Of a stretch of 64,000 bases of DNA, positions 1 to 9,525 are shown piece by piece. The translations under genes were made by a program, and so were the position numbers. Under the pieces are notes generated by a model. That model did no database searches. It was not told the DNA's origin and was given only the letters and a program-made list of their open reading frames with translations. The DNA lies in the NCBI GenBank assembly GCA_963815115.1, contig CAWFFN010000008.1:256001-320000 (forward strand), given 5' to 3'. The DNA comes from an uncultured delta proteobacterium. Lineage in GTDB: Bacteria > Desulfobacterota > Binatia > DP-6. Position 1 is the stretch's first letter; the number at the start of each line of letters is the position of its first letter.

Positions 1-603
1 GACGTGCCCAACTATCCCGGCTTCCTCCTCCTCGGCATCGTGCTGTGGAACTTCTTCTCCGAGGGCTCCTCGAACGGGGTGGCTGCCCTGCTCGCGCGCG
101 GCGCGATCCTCACCAAGGTGGCGATGCCGCGCCACGTGGTGGTGTTCGCGGCCATCCTGAACGCGCTGCTCACGTTCGCCATCAGCCTCGCCATCCTCGG
201 CGTCCTGCTCTGGGTCACGGGCACGCCGCTGACTCCCGCCGCCATCGCCTTTCCGGTGCTGCTCGTCGACCTCGTCCTGGTCACGCTCGGGATCGCGCTC
301 TTCCTCGCCCCGCTCCACGTGCGCTATCACGACGTGGGCTATCTCTGGGGAGTCGCGGTGCAGGTGGGATTCTGGCTCACGCCGATCATCTATCAGGAGG
401 TGATGATCCCGGAGCGCTGGCGCTGGCTCATGACCTACAATCCGCTGGCGCGCATCATCCTCTACAGCCGCCAGGCCGTCATCTACGGCGTCTGGCCCGA
501 CCGCGTCGGGGTGCTGAAGACGTCGCTCGTCGCCGTCCTCATCCTGGTGGGCGGCTGGGCGATGTTCCAGCGCCAGCAGGCGCGGCTCGTCGAGCACTTC
601 TGA
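1..603 (+). CDS. wzm: ABC-2 type polysaccharide export permease (Wzm-like), 5' end outside window
   Basis: Multi-TM ORF with 'FWLTPIIY...YNPLARII' ABC-2 motif, directly upstream of a Wzt ATPase. Confidence 0.85.
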   Translation, partial: DVPNYPGFLLLGIVLWNFFSEGSSNGVAALLARGAILTKVAMPRHVVVFAAILNALLTFAISLAILGVLLWVTGTPLTPAAIAFPVLLVDLVLVTLGIALFLAPLHVRYHDVGYLWGVAVQVGFWLTPIIYQEVMIPERWRWLMTYNPLARIILYSRQAVIYGVWPDRVGVLKTSLVAVLILVGGWAMFQRQQARLVEHF

Positions 604-605
604 CC

Positions 606-1838
606 GTGAACGCCATCGAGGTCTGCAACGTCTCCAAGACGTTCCGCATCCCGCACGAGCGCCACACGACGCTCGCGGAGCGGCTGCTGGGGCTCTTCCG
701 TCCGAACGACGTCGAGGTGCTGCACGCCCTGCAGGACGTGAGCCTCGAGGTGCCGTCGGGCTCGTTCGTCGGCGTCATCGGCTCCAACGGCTCCGGCAAG
801 TCGACGCTCCTCAAGATCATCGCCGGCCTGCTCGTCCCCGACGACGGGCAGGTGCGCGTGAACGGCACCCTGGTCCCCCTCCTCGAGCTCGGGCTCGGCT
901 TCCATCAGGAGCTCACCGTCCGCGAGAACGTGGCGCTCTACGGCGCCGTGCTCGGGTATTCGCCGCGCTCGATGGCCCGGCGCATCGAGGAGGTGGTGGC
1001 CTTCGCCGGCCTCGAGCGCTTCCAGGACGCGAAGCTGAAGAGCCTGTCCTCGGGGATGACGGTGCGCCTCGCCTTCGCCACGGCGCTGAGGGCGGACGCC
1101 GACATGCTGCTGCTCGACGAGGTGATGGCGGTCGGCGACGCGCAGTTCCAGCGCAAGTGCATCGAGGTCTTCGAGGGCCTCAAGCGCCAGCGCAAGACGA
1201 TCGTGCTCGTCAGCCACGACCTGGCGTCGGTGCAGCGCTTCTGCGACCGCGTCTTCTGGCTGGACAGGGGCCGGCTGGTGATGGCGGGCGAGAGCGCGGA
1301 GGTGATCCAGACCTACCTCGCCGTGTCGCAGAGCTCCCCGACGGACGTGCCCGCGCTCGACAGCAGCGAGGCGTCCGAGCACCGCTGGGGCGACGGGCGC
1401 CTGCGCTTCGTGCACATCACGCTGACCGACGACGAGGGCCGGTCCGTCACCCAGATACGTCCCTGGACGCGCCTGGCGGTCGGCGTTCGCCTCAGCGCCC
1501 GCGCCGCCATCGACCCGCCGGTCCTCGGCTTCATCGTCTGGCTCGGCGGGCAGCTCGTGTACTCGACCAACTCGCGCCAGCTGGAGTTCGACCCGGGCGC
1601 CTTCGCTGCCGGCGAGGAGCGCGAGGTCGTGATGCACTTCACGGCAGCCCTGGGCGTCGGCCGCTACACGATCACCCTCGCCGCCGCCAACGAACGCGAG
1701 GGCGTGGTCTACGACTGGGTGAACCACGCCAGCGGCTTCCTCGTCGTCGGCGCCACCAGCGACGGGATCGTCGACCTGGGCGCCGAGTTCAGCGTCGGCG
1801 CGAGCCGCATCCGGTCGCACGGCGAGGGCAAGGCATGA
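606..1838 (+). CDS. wzt: Polysaccharide ABC transporter ATP-binding protein with C-terminal Wzt_C-like domain
   Basis: GTG start at 606; Walker A GSNGSGKST, LSSGM signature, LLLDE Walker B; ~150-aa C-terminal extension starting 'RWGDG'. Confidence 0.9.
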   Translation: MNAIEVCNVSKTFRIPHERHTTLAERLLGLFRPNDVEVLHALQDVSLEVPSGSFVGVIGSNGSGKSTLLKIIAGLLVPDDGQVRVNGTLVPLLELGLGFHQELTVRENVALYGAVLGYSPRSMARRIEEVVAFAGLERFQDAKLKSLSSGMTVRLAFATALRADADMLLLDEVMAVGDAQFQRKCIEVFEGLKRQRKTIVLVSHDLASVQRFCDRVFWLDRGRLVMAGESAEVIQTYLAVSQSSPTDVPALDSSEASEHRWGDGRLRFVHITLTDDEGRSVTQIRPWTRLAVGVRLSARAAIDPPVLGFIVWLGGQLVYSTNSRQLEFDPGAFAAGEEREVVMHFTAALGVGRYTITLAAANEREGVVYDWVNHASGFLVVGATSDGIVDLGAEFSVGASRIRSHGEGKA

Positions 1839-2848
1839 GCCAGACCCCGACGCCCGCCCTGCCCCGCGTCGTCGTGCTCGTCCTCACCTGGAACCGGGTC
1901 GACGAGCTCGTCCCGTGCCTCGAGAGCTTCGCCTGCAACGACTATCCCAGCACCGAGGTCGTGGTCATCGACAACGGATCCGAGGACGAGAGCGCGGCGA
2001 CCGTGAAGCGCGACTTCCCGTGGGTGACGCTGATCGAGAACGGCGAGAACCTCGGCTTCTGCCGCGGCAACAACGTCGGCATGCGCTACGCCATGGGGCG
2101 GGACTACGACTACGTGATGCTGCTCAACAGCGATACCAAGATGCTGCCCACGCTCATCCGCGAGCTGGTGAGCGTCATGGAGGGCGACCCCGCGATCGGC
2201 ATCACCGGCGCGAAGAACCTCCTCATGGAGAACCCGGACTACACCTGGGGCAAGTACGGCGTGGTCACCTGGGGGCCGATGCTGGTGCGCACGATCGGTC
2301 GCTTCGTGCCCGACGACAAGCGCGGCGATCCCCCGCAGGACGTGGACTGGGTGATCGGCAACGCGTGCATGATGCGGCGCGCGGCGCTCGAGCGCGTCGG
2401 CCTGTTCGACGAGGAGTTCTGGCAGTGCAACGAGGACGTCGACTGGTGCTACCGGGCACGTGCGGCGGGCTACCGCGTGGTGTACGTCGATCGCGCCGCG
2501 ATCCTGCACAAGGGCGGGTCGAGCGCCGACCTGAGCCAGAAGAAGGTCTTCTCCTACGGCTACTTCATCGGGCGGAACGCCTTCACCTTCGCCCGCAAGC
2601 ACGGCAACTTCTTCCAGCGGGTGAAGCTCTTCCTCACCATGACCACCGGCGTCCTCGGCCGCATCACCTTCTTCACCCTCGACAACGCCAAGCACGCCAT
2701 CCTCGGGCAGCGCGCGTTCGTCCGCGGCATGCTCGACGGCATGCGCGGCCGGCTGAGCCCCGAGGAGATCACGGTCCAGATGCCGGCGCGCACCGGGCAC
2801 CTGCGCCAGGGGTACCGGGCGCGGGTCAAGCGCTGGCTGGGGGTGTGA
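1835..2848 (+). CDS. GT2 family glycosyltransferase (rhamnosyltransferase-like)
   Basis: ATG overlaps wzt stop (ATGA); VVIDNGS, NLGFCRGNN, LLNSD, EDVDWC motifs. Confidence 0.9.
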   Translation: MSQTPTPALPRVVVLVLTWNRVDELVPCLESFACNDYPSTEVVVIDNGSEDESAATVKRDFPWVTLIENGENLGFCRGNNVGMRYAMGRDYDYVMLLNSDTKMLPTLIRELVSVMEGDPAIGITGAKNLLMENPDYTWGKYGVVTWGPMLVRTIGRFVPDDKRGDPPQDVDWVIGNACMMRRAALERVGLFDEEFWQCNEDVDWCYRARAAGYRVVYVDRAAILHKGGSSADLSQKKVFSYGYFIGRNAFTFARKHGNFFQRVKLFLTMTTGVLGRITFFTLDNAKHAILGQRAFVRGMLDGMRGRLSPEEITVQMPARTGHLRQGYRARVKRWLGV

Positions 2849-2861
2849 GGGGCGTCGTGCC

Positions 2862-2990
2862 CGGGGCCGGGGACCGTCGCTCGCTCGCGGTCCTCGGTGC
2901 ACGCGCGCCGGCGTAGGTCGGGGCGTCCCCCCGATGGCCGCGGGCGCGCGCGGCACCTGCGGGCTCGCTCGTCGACGGCCCCCGGCCCCG
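2862..2990. repeat. Long imperfect inverted repeat (hairpin) between convergent genes
   Basis: cggggccggggaccgtcg (2862-2879) pairs with cgacggcccccggccccg (2973-2990); inner ggtgcacgcgcgcc / ggcgcgcgcggcacc; central tcgggg...ccccga. Confidence 0.7.
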
Positions 2991-3009
2991 CGGGCCCCGC
3001 CGTACCGTA

Positions 3010-4440
3010 CTAGTCGGCGTAGCCGAGCGCGCGCAGGCGCGCGCGCTGGGCGTCGTCGAGCGGCACGGTCTCCGCCGTCGTGCTGGCGCTCGCAGCAAAC
3101 ACGCCGAGTCGCTCCGCGAGCCGGGCGCGCAACACCGGCGTCTCCGCGGCGAGGGCCGGAGGGTCCTGGCGTGTCTCCCGGGGATCGTGGCGTAGATCGT
3201 AGGCCTCGGGGCGGCCGCCGAGCGGCCCCATGAGGACTTTGAGGCCGTCGTGGAGCAGCCCCGCCGCATGGCGCCTGGTGTCGACGCCGCGCCCGGTGGG
3301 CAGCAGCTCGAGGACGACGTCGTGCGACGAGCCTGGGGTGGGGGCGAGGTCGCCGAGGAGCGACCGCCCCTCGAACCGCGGCTCCGGGGGCAGCCCGACC
3401 ACGTCCAGGACCGTCGGGGCGATGTCCACGATCGAGACCGGGTCGGTGACGACGCGACCTGCGGGCACACCGGTCCCCACCAGGAGGAGGGGGATGCGAA
3501 CGCTCTCCTCGTAGAGCGTCGTGCCGTGCATCAACCCGCCATGCTCGCGGAACTCCTCGCCGTGATCCCCGACCACGACGATGGTCGCGTGATCGAGCAC
3601 GCCCCGCGCGCGCAGGCGCCGGAACAGGCGGGCGAGTCGCGCGTCGAGACCGGCCACCTCGGCGTCGTAGAGCGAGGCCAGGTATGCCACCTCGTCCTCG
3701 GAGAGCTCACTCGTGCGGCCGCCCTCGACGAGCGTCGCGCTGATCGCCGCTTCGCTCGACCCGGGGGGCGGTGGGCCGACCCGGCCACGACGCGCCGTTG
3801 CGGGCGGGTCGTAGGGTGCGTGGGGTTCCATGAAATGGAGGTAGAGGAAGAGCGGCCGCCTCGTCCACCGACTCCAGGCTCCTGGCACCATCCTCCGGTC
3901 GTAGAAGCGGATGGTGTCCTGCGCGATCCGGTGCGCACGCACCTTCCGAGCCGACACGTGCGGGAACCAGGCGTCGAATCCCTGGCCGAACCCGAGCGCC
4001 CCGAGCAGGCGGAAGTTGCCGACCATCCCGACGCAACGGTAGCCCGACGCGTGCAGCCGCTCGGCGAGCGTGACCTCCTCGTCCGCCAGCCGGGAATCGA
4101 AGCGCGCCACACGGTGCTGGGAGGGATAGCGCGACGTGAAGAGGCTCGCCACGGCGGGGTTCGTCCACGACGAGGTCGAGTAGGCGTTCGTGAAGAGCGT
4201 GCCGGATGCCGCCAGCGAGTCGAGAAACGGCGTGAGGCCGGGCGTGCCGCCGGCGGCGCTCAGGCGGTCGGCGCGCAGCGTGTCGACGAGCACGACGACG
4301 ATGTCGGGGGAGCGACGTCGGCAGCCGCCGAGAATGAGCACCGCCACGATGGCGAGCCCCAGTGCCCTGCGACGCGAGCAGCGAGGGGACCGGGCCGGTG
4401 CACCGGAGTGCCCGCCACCGTTCTCGGGAGGGCGCGCCAT
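3010..4440 (-). CDS. Sulfatase-like (alkaline phosphatase superfamily) lipoprotein, Thr-type nucleophile
   Basis: DTLRAD, SSWTNPAVASLFTSRYP, HFMEPHAPY, GDHGEEF, C-terminal LRALGY; lipobox-like ILGGC. Confidence 0.85.
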   Translation of the reverse strand: MARPPENGGGHSGAPARSPRCSRRRALGLAIVAVLILGGCRRRSPDIVVVLVDTLRADRLSAAGGTPGLTPFLDSLAASGTLFTNAYSTSSWTNPAVASLFTSRYPSQHRVARFDSRLADEEVTLAERLHASGYRCVGMVGNFRLLGALGFGQGFDAWFPHVSARKVRAHRIAQDTIRFYDRRMVPGAWSRWTRRPLFLYLHFMEPHAPYDPPATARRGRVGPPPPGSSEAAISATLVEGGRTSELSEDEVAYLASLYDAEVAGLDARLARLFRRLRARGVLDHATIVVVGDHGEEFREHGGLMHGTTLYEESVRIPLLLVGTGVPAGRVVTDPVSIVDIAPTVLDVVGLPPEPRFEGRSLLGDLAPTPGSSHDVVLELLPTGRGVDTRRHAAGLLHDGLKVLMGPLGGRPEAYDLRHDPRETRQDPPALAAETPVLRARLAERLGVFAASASTTAETVPLDDAQRARLRALGYAD

Positions 4441-5840
4441 CAGTCGGCGTAGCCGAGCGCGCGGAGGCGTGCCCGCTCGGCCTCGTCGAGCGACCCCCGC
4501 TCGGCGACACCGGTCTGCGCCGCGAGGGCGTCCTGGCGTGCGGCCAGCCGGGCCTCGAGCGCGGCCGCCTGTGCCGCGATCGCGGGTGGAGGATCGGAGC
4601 GTGCCTCGTGCGGATCGTCGCGCAGGTCGTAGAGCTCGGGCGACCGGCCCGAGCCCGCGGGCGGCACCAGCAGCTTCACGCCCTCGTGCACCAGGCCCGC
4701 GGCGTGGGTGCGAAGGTCGAAGCGCTGCCCGGTCGGCAGGAGCTGGAGCAAGACGTCGGCGGGTTCGCCGCCGCCGAGGTGGGACATGAGCGACCGTCCC
4801 TCGAAGCGCGGCTCGGGGGGCAGGCCGAGCAGCTCGAGCACGGTGGGCGCCACGTCGAGTAGCGAGACCTGATCGGTGACGACCCGGCCGGCCGGCAATC
4901 CGGGGCCGGTGATGAAGAGCGGGATGCGCACGCTCTCCTGGTAGAGCGTGTTGCCGTGCTGCAGGCCGCCGTGCTCGCGAAACTCCTCCCCGTGATCGGC
5001 GGTGACGACGACGATCGCGCGATCGAGGAGACCCCGCGCCCTGAGGCCGTCGAAGAGGCGCGCGAGCCGCGAATCGAGCGCCGCCACCTCGGCGTCGTAG
5101 AGCGCGCGCAGTCGTTCCACCTCCGCCGGCGAGAGCTCGAACCAGCGCTTGATGTCGACCAGCTTCGCGTTGGCCTCCGCGTCGTCGACGCCCGGCGGCG
5201 GCGGCCCGGCCACCCGCCGCCGCACGTGCAGCGGCGGGTCGTAGGGCGCGTGCGGCTCCATGAAGTGGAGATAGATCAGCATCGGCCGGCGCCGCCGGGT
5301 CCACCTGGTGTGCCGGTACGGGGCGAAGAACTGGTCGTAGTAGGCGAAGGTGTCCTGGGTCACGCGCTTCGCCGACACCTTGCCCACGAGGAGGCCCTCG
5401 CCGAGATGGGAGTTCCAGACCTCGAATCCCTGCGCGAAGCCGAAGCGCTCGAAGAGGCGGAAGTTCCCGACCACGCCCAGGCTGCGGTAGCCCGCGCCGT
5501 GCAGCCGGTCGGCGAGCGTCACCTCGTCGTCGGCGAGGACCGAGTCGTACTGCACGACGTGATGCTGGGAGGGGTAGCGCGAGGTGAAGAGGCTGGCGAC
5601 CGCCGGGTTGGTCCAGGACGTCGGCGAGTAGGCGTTCGAGAAGACCACTCCGGTGGCGGCCAGGGAGTCGAGGAAGGGCGTCAGCCCCTTCCGCTCGCCG
5701 CCCGCCGCGAGGCGATCCGCACGCAGCGTGTCGACCAGGATGACGATGACGTCGGGCGGCGAGCGGGTGCAACCCGCGGCGCCGGCGAGCACGAGCGCCG
5801 CGGCGATCCACCCGACCTGCCGCCGAGCACGGCCCAGCAT
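4440..5840 (-). CDS. Sulfatase-like (alkaline phosphatase superfamily) lipoprotein, tandem paralog
   Basis: DTLRAD, TSWTNPAVASLFTSRYP, HFMEPHAPY, ADHGEEF, LRALGY; lipobox-like AAGC. Confidence 0.85.
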   Translation of the reverse strand: MLGRARRQVGWIAAALVLAGAAGCTRSPPDVIVILVDTLRADRLAAGGERKGLTPFLDSLAATGVVFSNAYSPTSWTNPAVASLFTSRYPSQHHVVQYDSVLADDEVTLADRLHGAGYRSLGVVGNFRLFERFGFAQGFEVWNSHLGEGLLVGKVSAKRVTQDTFAYYDQFFAPYRHTRWTRRRRPMLIYLHFMEPHAPYDPPLHVRRRVAGPPPPGVDDAEANAKLVDIKRWFELSPAEVERLRALYDAEVAALDSRLARLFDGLRARGLLDRAIVVVTADHGEEFREHGGLQHGNTLYQESVRIPLFITGPGLPAGRVVTDQVSLLDVAPTVLELLGLPPEPRFEGRSLMSHLGGGEPADVLLQLLPTGQRFDLRTHAAGLVHEGVKLLVPPAGSGRSPELYDLRDDPHEARSDPPPAIAAQAAALEARLAARQDALAAQTGVAERGSLDEAERARLRALGYAD

Positions 5841-5851
5841 CGTTCCGGTGC

Positions 5852-6739
5852 TCAACGTCCGGGCGATGCCACGGACGCGGCCGAGCGGCGGCCCATGTAG
5901 TCCTCCAGCGCATCGCGCCAGGGGCGCATCCGATCCAGGCCCGCGTGGGCGAGGGCGGCGTTCTCGAGCACGGAGTAGAAGGGGCGCCGCACCGGCGCCG
6001 CGTGCTCCTTGACCGAGGTGGCGGTGAGGGGCGTCGCAAGGCGACCCAGGTCGAAGATGGCGCGCGCGAACTCGTACCACGAGCAGCTCCCCTGGTTGGT
6101 GGCGTGGTAGAGTCCCGGCTCGCCTTCGAGCGCCAGCACGCGGATCTGCGCCGCCAGATCGGCGGTGAAGGTCGGCGTCAGGATCTCGTCGTCGACCACC
6201 CGGACCTCGGGCTGCTGCGCCGCCACGCGGTACATCGTGTCGATGAAGTTGCCGCCCTTCGCCCGGCAGGGACGGATGCCGTAGAGCCCCGAGGAGCGCA
6301 CGACCTGGTGCTCCCCGCCGCAGCCGAGCACCTCGTGCTCGCCCGCCAGCTTCGACACGCCGTAGACGTTGAGCGGCATCGGACGGTCGGTCTCCACGTA
6401 GGGCGCCCGCTTCGCGCCGTCGAAGACGTAGTCCGTGCTCACGTGGACCAGGCGCGCGCCGAGCTCCGTGCACGTCCGGGCCAGACGCCGTACGGCCACG
6501 GCGTTGAGCGCGTAGGCCCGCTCGGGCTCGGTCTCGCATCGCGGCACGTTGTGGAATGCGGCCGTGTTGACGACCACGTCGGGGCGCAGCGCGCCCAGCA
6601 CGCGGCCGACCGCGACCTCGTCGCCGATGTCCATGTCCTCGTGCGCGAGGCCGTGGACGCGCGCGCCGCCCGCGGTGAAGGCTTCCACGAGGTCGCTGCC
6701 GAGCTGGCCCGTGCTGCCGACGACGGCGACGGCGGTCAG
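5852..6739 (-). CDS. rmlD: dTDP-4-dehydrorhamnose reductase (start probably CTG overlapping the upstream stop)
   Basis: GSTGQLG, HVSTDYVFDG, YGVSK, RRPFYSVL motifs. Confidence 0.88.
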   Translation of the reverse strand: MTAVAVVGSTGQLGSDLVEAFTAGGARVHGLAHEDMDIGDEVAVGRVLGALRPDVVVNTAAFHNVPRCETEPERAYALNAVAVRRLARTCTELGARLVHVSTDYVFDGAKRAPYVETDRPMPLNVYGVSKLAGEHEVLGCGGEHQVVRSSGLYGIRPCRAKGGNFIDTMYRVAAQQPEVRVVDDEILTPTFTADLAAQIRVLALEGEPGLYHATNQGSCSWYEFARAIFDLGRLATPLTATSVKEHAAPVRRPFYSVLENAALAHAGLDRMRPWRDALEDYMGRRSAASVASPGR

Positions 6740-7758
6740 AACACGCCCCCGATGCGCTTGAGCGTCTGCTCCATGTCGCTGAGCAGCGTCATCCACTCGA
6801 TGTTGTAGTAGCGCGGGCTGTAGAGATCCATCTGGTGGTGCTCGTCGATCTGACGGACCATGTGCTCGACCGCTTCCTTCACCCCGACCAGCGGCTTGAC
6901 GCCGAGCACCGTCTGGATGCGCTCGCCGCTCACCCGGTACGAGCGCGTCTTGTAGGTCGTGTAGTCGACCTCGATCTCGACCTTCTTCGAGGGCCTGAGG
7001 GCCTCGCGCACCCAGTGCGCGAGCTCGAGGATGCGGTAGTTCTTCCCCACCACGTTGAAGATCTTGCCGTGCACCCGGTCCTCGGCTGCCTCGACGCACG
7101 CGATGTAGACCCGTGCCAGGTCGGTGACGTCGACCAGCGGCCGCCACATCTCGCCGCCGCAGTGCACGGTGAGGGTTCCCTTGGCGAGGGCGTCGCGCAC
7201 GAAGGTGTTGACCACCAGGTCGTAGCGCATGCGCGGGCTCCAGCCGTACACCGTCCCCTGGCGCAGGATCACCGGACAGAAGCGATCGTCCGCCAGCCCG
7301 AGCAGGATCTGCTCGGCCTCGTGGTTCGACACCGCGTAGGCGGCGCGCGGCTTCACCTCCGAGTCCTCGTCGCGGAGAAAGTCGGGGGCGTAGAACCCGA
7401 GGTCGTAGATCGAGCAGGTGGAGGCGTTGATGAAGCGCTTGATGCCCTTCGCCTTGCACGCCCGCGCGACCACCTCGGTGCCCGCGGTGTTGATCTCCTC
7501 GTTGGCCTTCGGGTTGAACTCCGCCGTCGGGTCGTTCGACAGCCCCGCCAGGTGAAGCACCGCGTCGCAGCCCTCGAGCACGGCGGGATCGAAGGTGCGG
7601 ATGTCGCCCTGCACCAGCTCGATCTTGTCGCGCACCTCGGCGAGCCCGTCCTCGCCGAAATACAGCTTGTCGAACACGCGCACCGCCTCGCCCTTGTCGA
7701 GGAGCTGCCGCACCGCGACGCAACCGATGTAACCTGCTCCGCCTGTGACGAGAATCAT
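6736..7758 (-). CDS. NAD-dependent nucleotide-sugar epimerase/dehydratase (extended SDR)
   Basis: TGGAGYIG, HLAGLSNDP, GWSPRMRYDLVVN; SD gaggag; YxxxK motif reads YAVSN. Confidence 0.85.
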   Translation of the reverse strand: MILVTGGAGYIGCVAVRQLLDKGEAVRVFDKLYFGEDGLAEVRDKIELVQGDIRTFDPAVLEGCDAVLHLAGLSNDPTAEFNPKANEEINTAGTEVVARACKAKGIKRFINASTCSIYDLGFYAPDFLRDEDSEVKPRAAYAVSNHEAEQILLGLADDRFCPVILRQGTVYGWSPRMRYDLVVNTFVRDALAKGTLTVHCGGEMWRPLVDVTDLARVYIACVEAAEDRVHGKIFNVVGKNYRILELAHWVREALRPSKKVEIEVDYTTYKTRSYRVSGERIQTVLGVKPLVGVKEAVEHMVRQIDEHHQMDLYSPRYYNIEWMTLLSDMEQTLKRIGGVF

Positions 7759-7834
7759 GTGTGCTCCTCAGTGGCGCGTCGGGGGCGTGCGGGAAATTCG
7801 CAGCGGGGTTCGCGAGGCACGGTGCGCGCGTGGT

Positions 7835-7864
7835 TTGACTCCGCGCGGTGCGGACTAATACCAT
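7835..7864 (+). promoter_or_regulatory. Putative sigma70 promoter for rmlC
   Basis: TTGACT-N18-TACCAT upstream of SD ggagg and ATG 7884. Confidence 0.45.
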
Positions 7865-7883
7865 CGCGTGCTCGGAGGTTGCA

Positions 7884-8450
7884 ATGTTGGTGGAGCCCGA
7901 GCAGATGCCTGGCGTGCAGGTGCTGGCCGCGAAGCACTTCCCCGACGAGCGGGGGTTTCTCGTGCAGTCGTGGGTGCGCCAGGACCTCGAGGCGCTCGGC
8001 ATCCCGTCGGATTTCAAGCAGGCCATCCAGACGGTCTCGCATCGCGGCGTCGTGCGCGGGCTGCACTTCCAGTGGGATCCCCCGATGGGCAAGTTCGTGC
8101 GCTGCCTGCGCGGCGCCATCCTCGACGTCGTGGTGGACGTCCGGCACGGCTCGCCGCGCCTGGGCGACCACGTGGCCGTCGAGCTGACCGGTCGCAACCA
8201 CCGCATCATCTGGGTCCCTCCCGGCTTCGCGCACGGGACGTTCGCGCTCGAGGACGAGACCATCGTCCTCTACGAGTGCACCGGCGAGCACGGACCGGGG
8301 CGCGAGGGCGGCATCCTGTGGGACGATCCCGCGCTCGGCATCGCGTGGCCGGACCTGCAGCCGATCGTCTCGGACAAGGATCGGGTGGCCCCGACGCTGC
8401 GGGCCTGGCTCGAGGACCCGCGGTCGCGGCACTTCCGCTTCGAGGGGTAG
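7884..8450 (+). CDS. rmlC: dTDP-4-dehydrorhamnose 3,5-epimerase
   Basis: FPDERGF, RGLHFQ, DVVVDVRHGSP, VPPGFAHG, GILWDDP motifs; SD ggagg. Confidence 0.92.
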   Translation: MLVEPEQMPGVQVLAAKHFPDERGFLVQSWVRQDLEALGIPSDFKQAIQTVSHRGVVRGLHFQWDPPMGKFVRCLRGAILDVVVDVRHGSPRLGDHVAVELTGRNHRIIWVPPGFAHGTFALEDETIVLYECTGEHGPGREGGILWDDPALGIAWPDLQPIVSDKDRVAPTLRAWLEDPRSRHFRFEG

Positions 8451-8478
8451 CGGAACGCCGGTCTCGGCCGACGCGCGC

Positions 8479-9381
8479 GTGGCCGTGTCCGTGCTCCACT
8501 GGGGCGCGAAGGCGGATACGCTGCGCTGCCTGGCGAGCGTCGCGGCGTCGCGCCTGCCGCCGGCGTGGCTCTTCGTCCTCGACAACGGCACCGGCAGCCT
8601 GGCGGAGGCCGAGGTCGAGCATGCGGCTCTGGGCGCCGTGCTTCTGCGCGCGCCGGAGAACCTCGGCTTCGCCGCCGGCCACAACCTGGTCATGCGCCGC
8701 GCGCTCGACGCCGGCGCCACGCACGTCCTGCTGCTCAACAACGACGCCACCGTCGAGCCGGGCTGCCTGGGCGCGCTCGTGCGCGTCGCCGCGCCGGCGC
8801 GGGTGGCGGCGGTCGGCGCCAAGGTGCTGGCGGCCGACGATCCGGCGACGCTCTGGCTCGCCTGGGGCCGCATCACCTGGCGGGCCGCCCTGGTCGAGCG
8901 CGTGGGGCGGGGAGCGCGCGACGGGCCGCCGTACGACCAGGTGCGCGAGGTCGAGTGGGTTCCGGGCTGTGCGATGCTCCTCGCCCGCGAGGCCCTCGAA
9001 GGCATCGGCCTCCTCGACGAGCGCTTCTTCGCCTACCACGAGGACGTCGACTGGTGCGCTTCGGCCCGCGCGGCCGGATTTCGCGTTCTCTTCGCGCCCG
9101 ATGCCCGCGTGGTGCACCGGGGGGAGGGAAGCCTCGCGGGGCGCGGACCCGCGAATCCGGCGCGCTACCTCTCCGCCCGCAACACGGTGCTCTTCGCACG
9201 CAAGCACGGGCGGCCGGGACAGTGGGCGAGCCTCGCGGCGACCATCGCCGCGAGCCTGCCGCTCGAGGCGTTGCGGGGCTGGCACGGAGGGCACGCGGCG
9301 GTCGCGGGGCTGCTCTGGCGCGGCTACCGCGACGGCCTCCTCGGACGGCCCCTGCCGCTGCGCGATCTCGGACTTCGGTAG
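8479..9381 (+). CDS. GT2 family glycosyltransferase
   Basis: LDNG, NLGFAAGHN, LLNND, EDVDWC motifs. Confidence 0.88.
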   Translation: MAVSVLHWGAKADTLRCLASVAASRLPPAWLFVLDNGTGSLAEAEVEHAALGAVLLRAPENLGFAAGHNLVMRRALDAGATHVLLLNNDATVEPGCLGALVRVAAPARVAAVGAKVLAADDPATLWLAWGRITWRAALVERVGRGARDGPPYDQVREVEWVPGCAMLLAREALEGIGLLDERFFAYHEDVDWCASARAAGFRVLFAPDARVVHRGEGSLAGRGPANPARYLSARNTVLFARKHGRPGQWASLAATIAASLPLEALRGWHGGHAAVAGLLWRGYRDGLLGRPLPLRDLGLR

Positions 9382-9525
9382 GAGTCCCGGTCCGGAGGCC
9401 CGCGCCGCACACGACTTTTCACCCGTTTTGTTCTTCACATCGGCGGGGGGGTGTGTTACCGGCAGACGTTCGCAGTGGAGCATGGAGCCCCCCGGGGGGG
9501 CCGCTGTCGAAGGGGAGAGAGGGAC

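Noticed and set aside
7310-7345. YxxxK catalytic motif reads YAVSN in the epimerase
   Set aside because: Single AAG to AAC difference in an error-prone assembly; cannot be distinguished from an error without reads or orthologs
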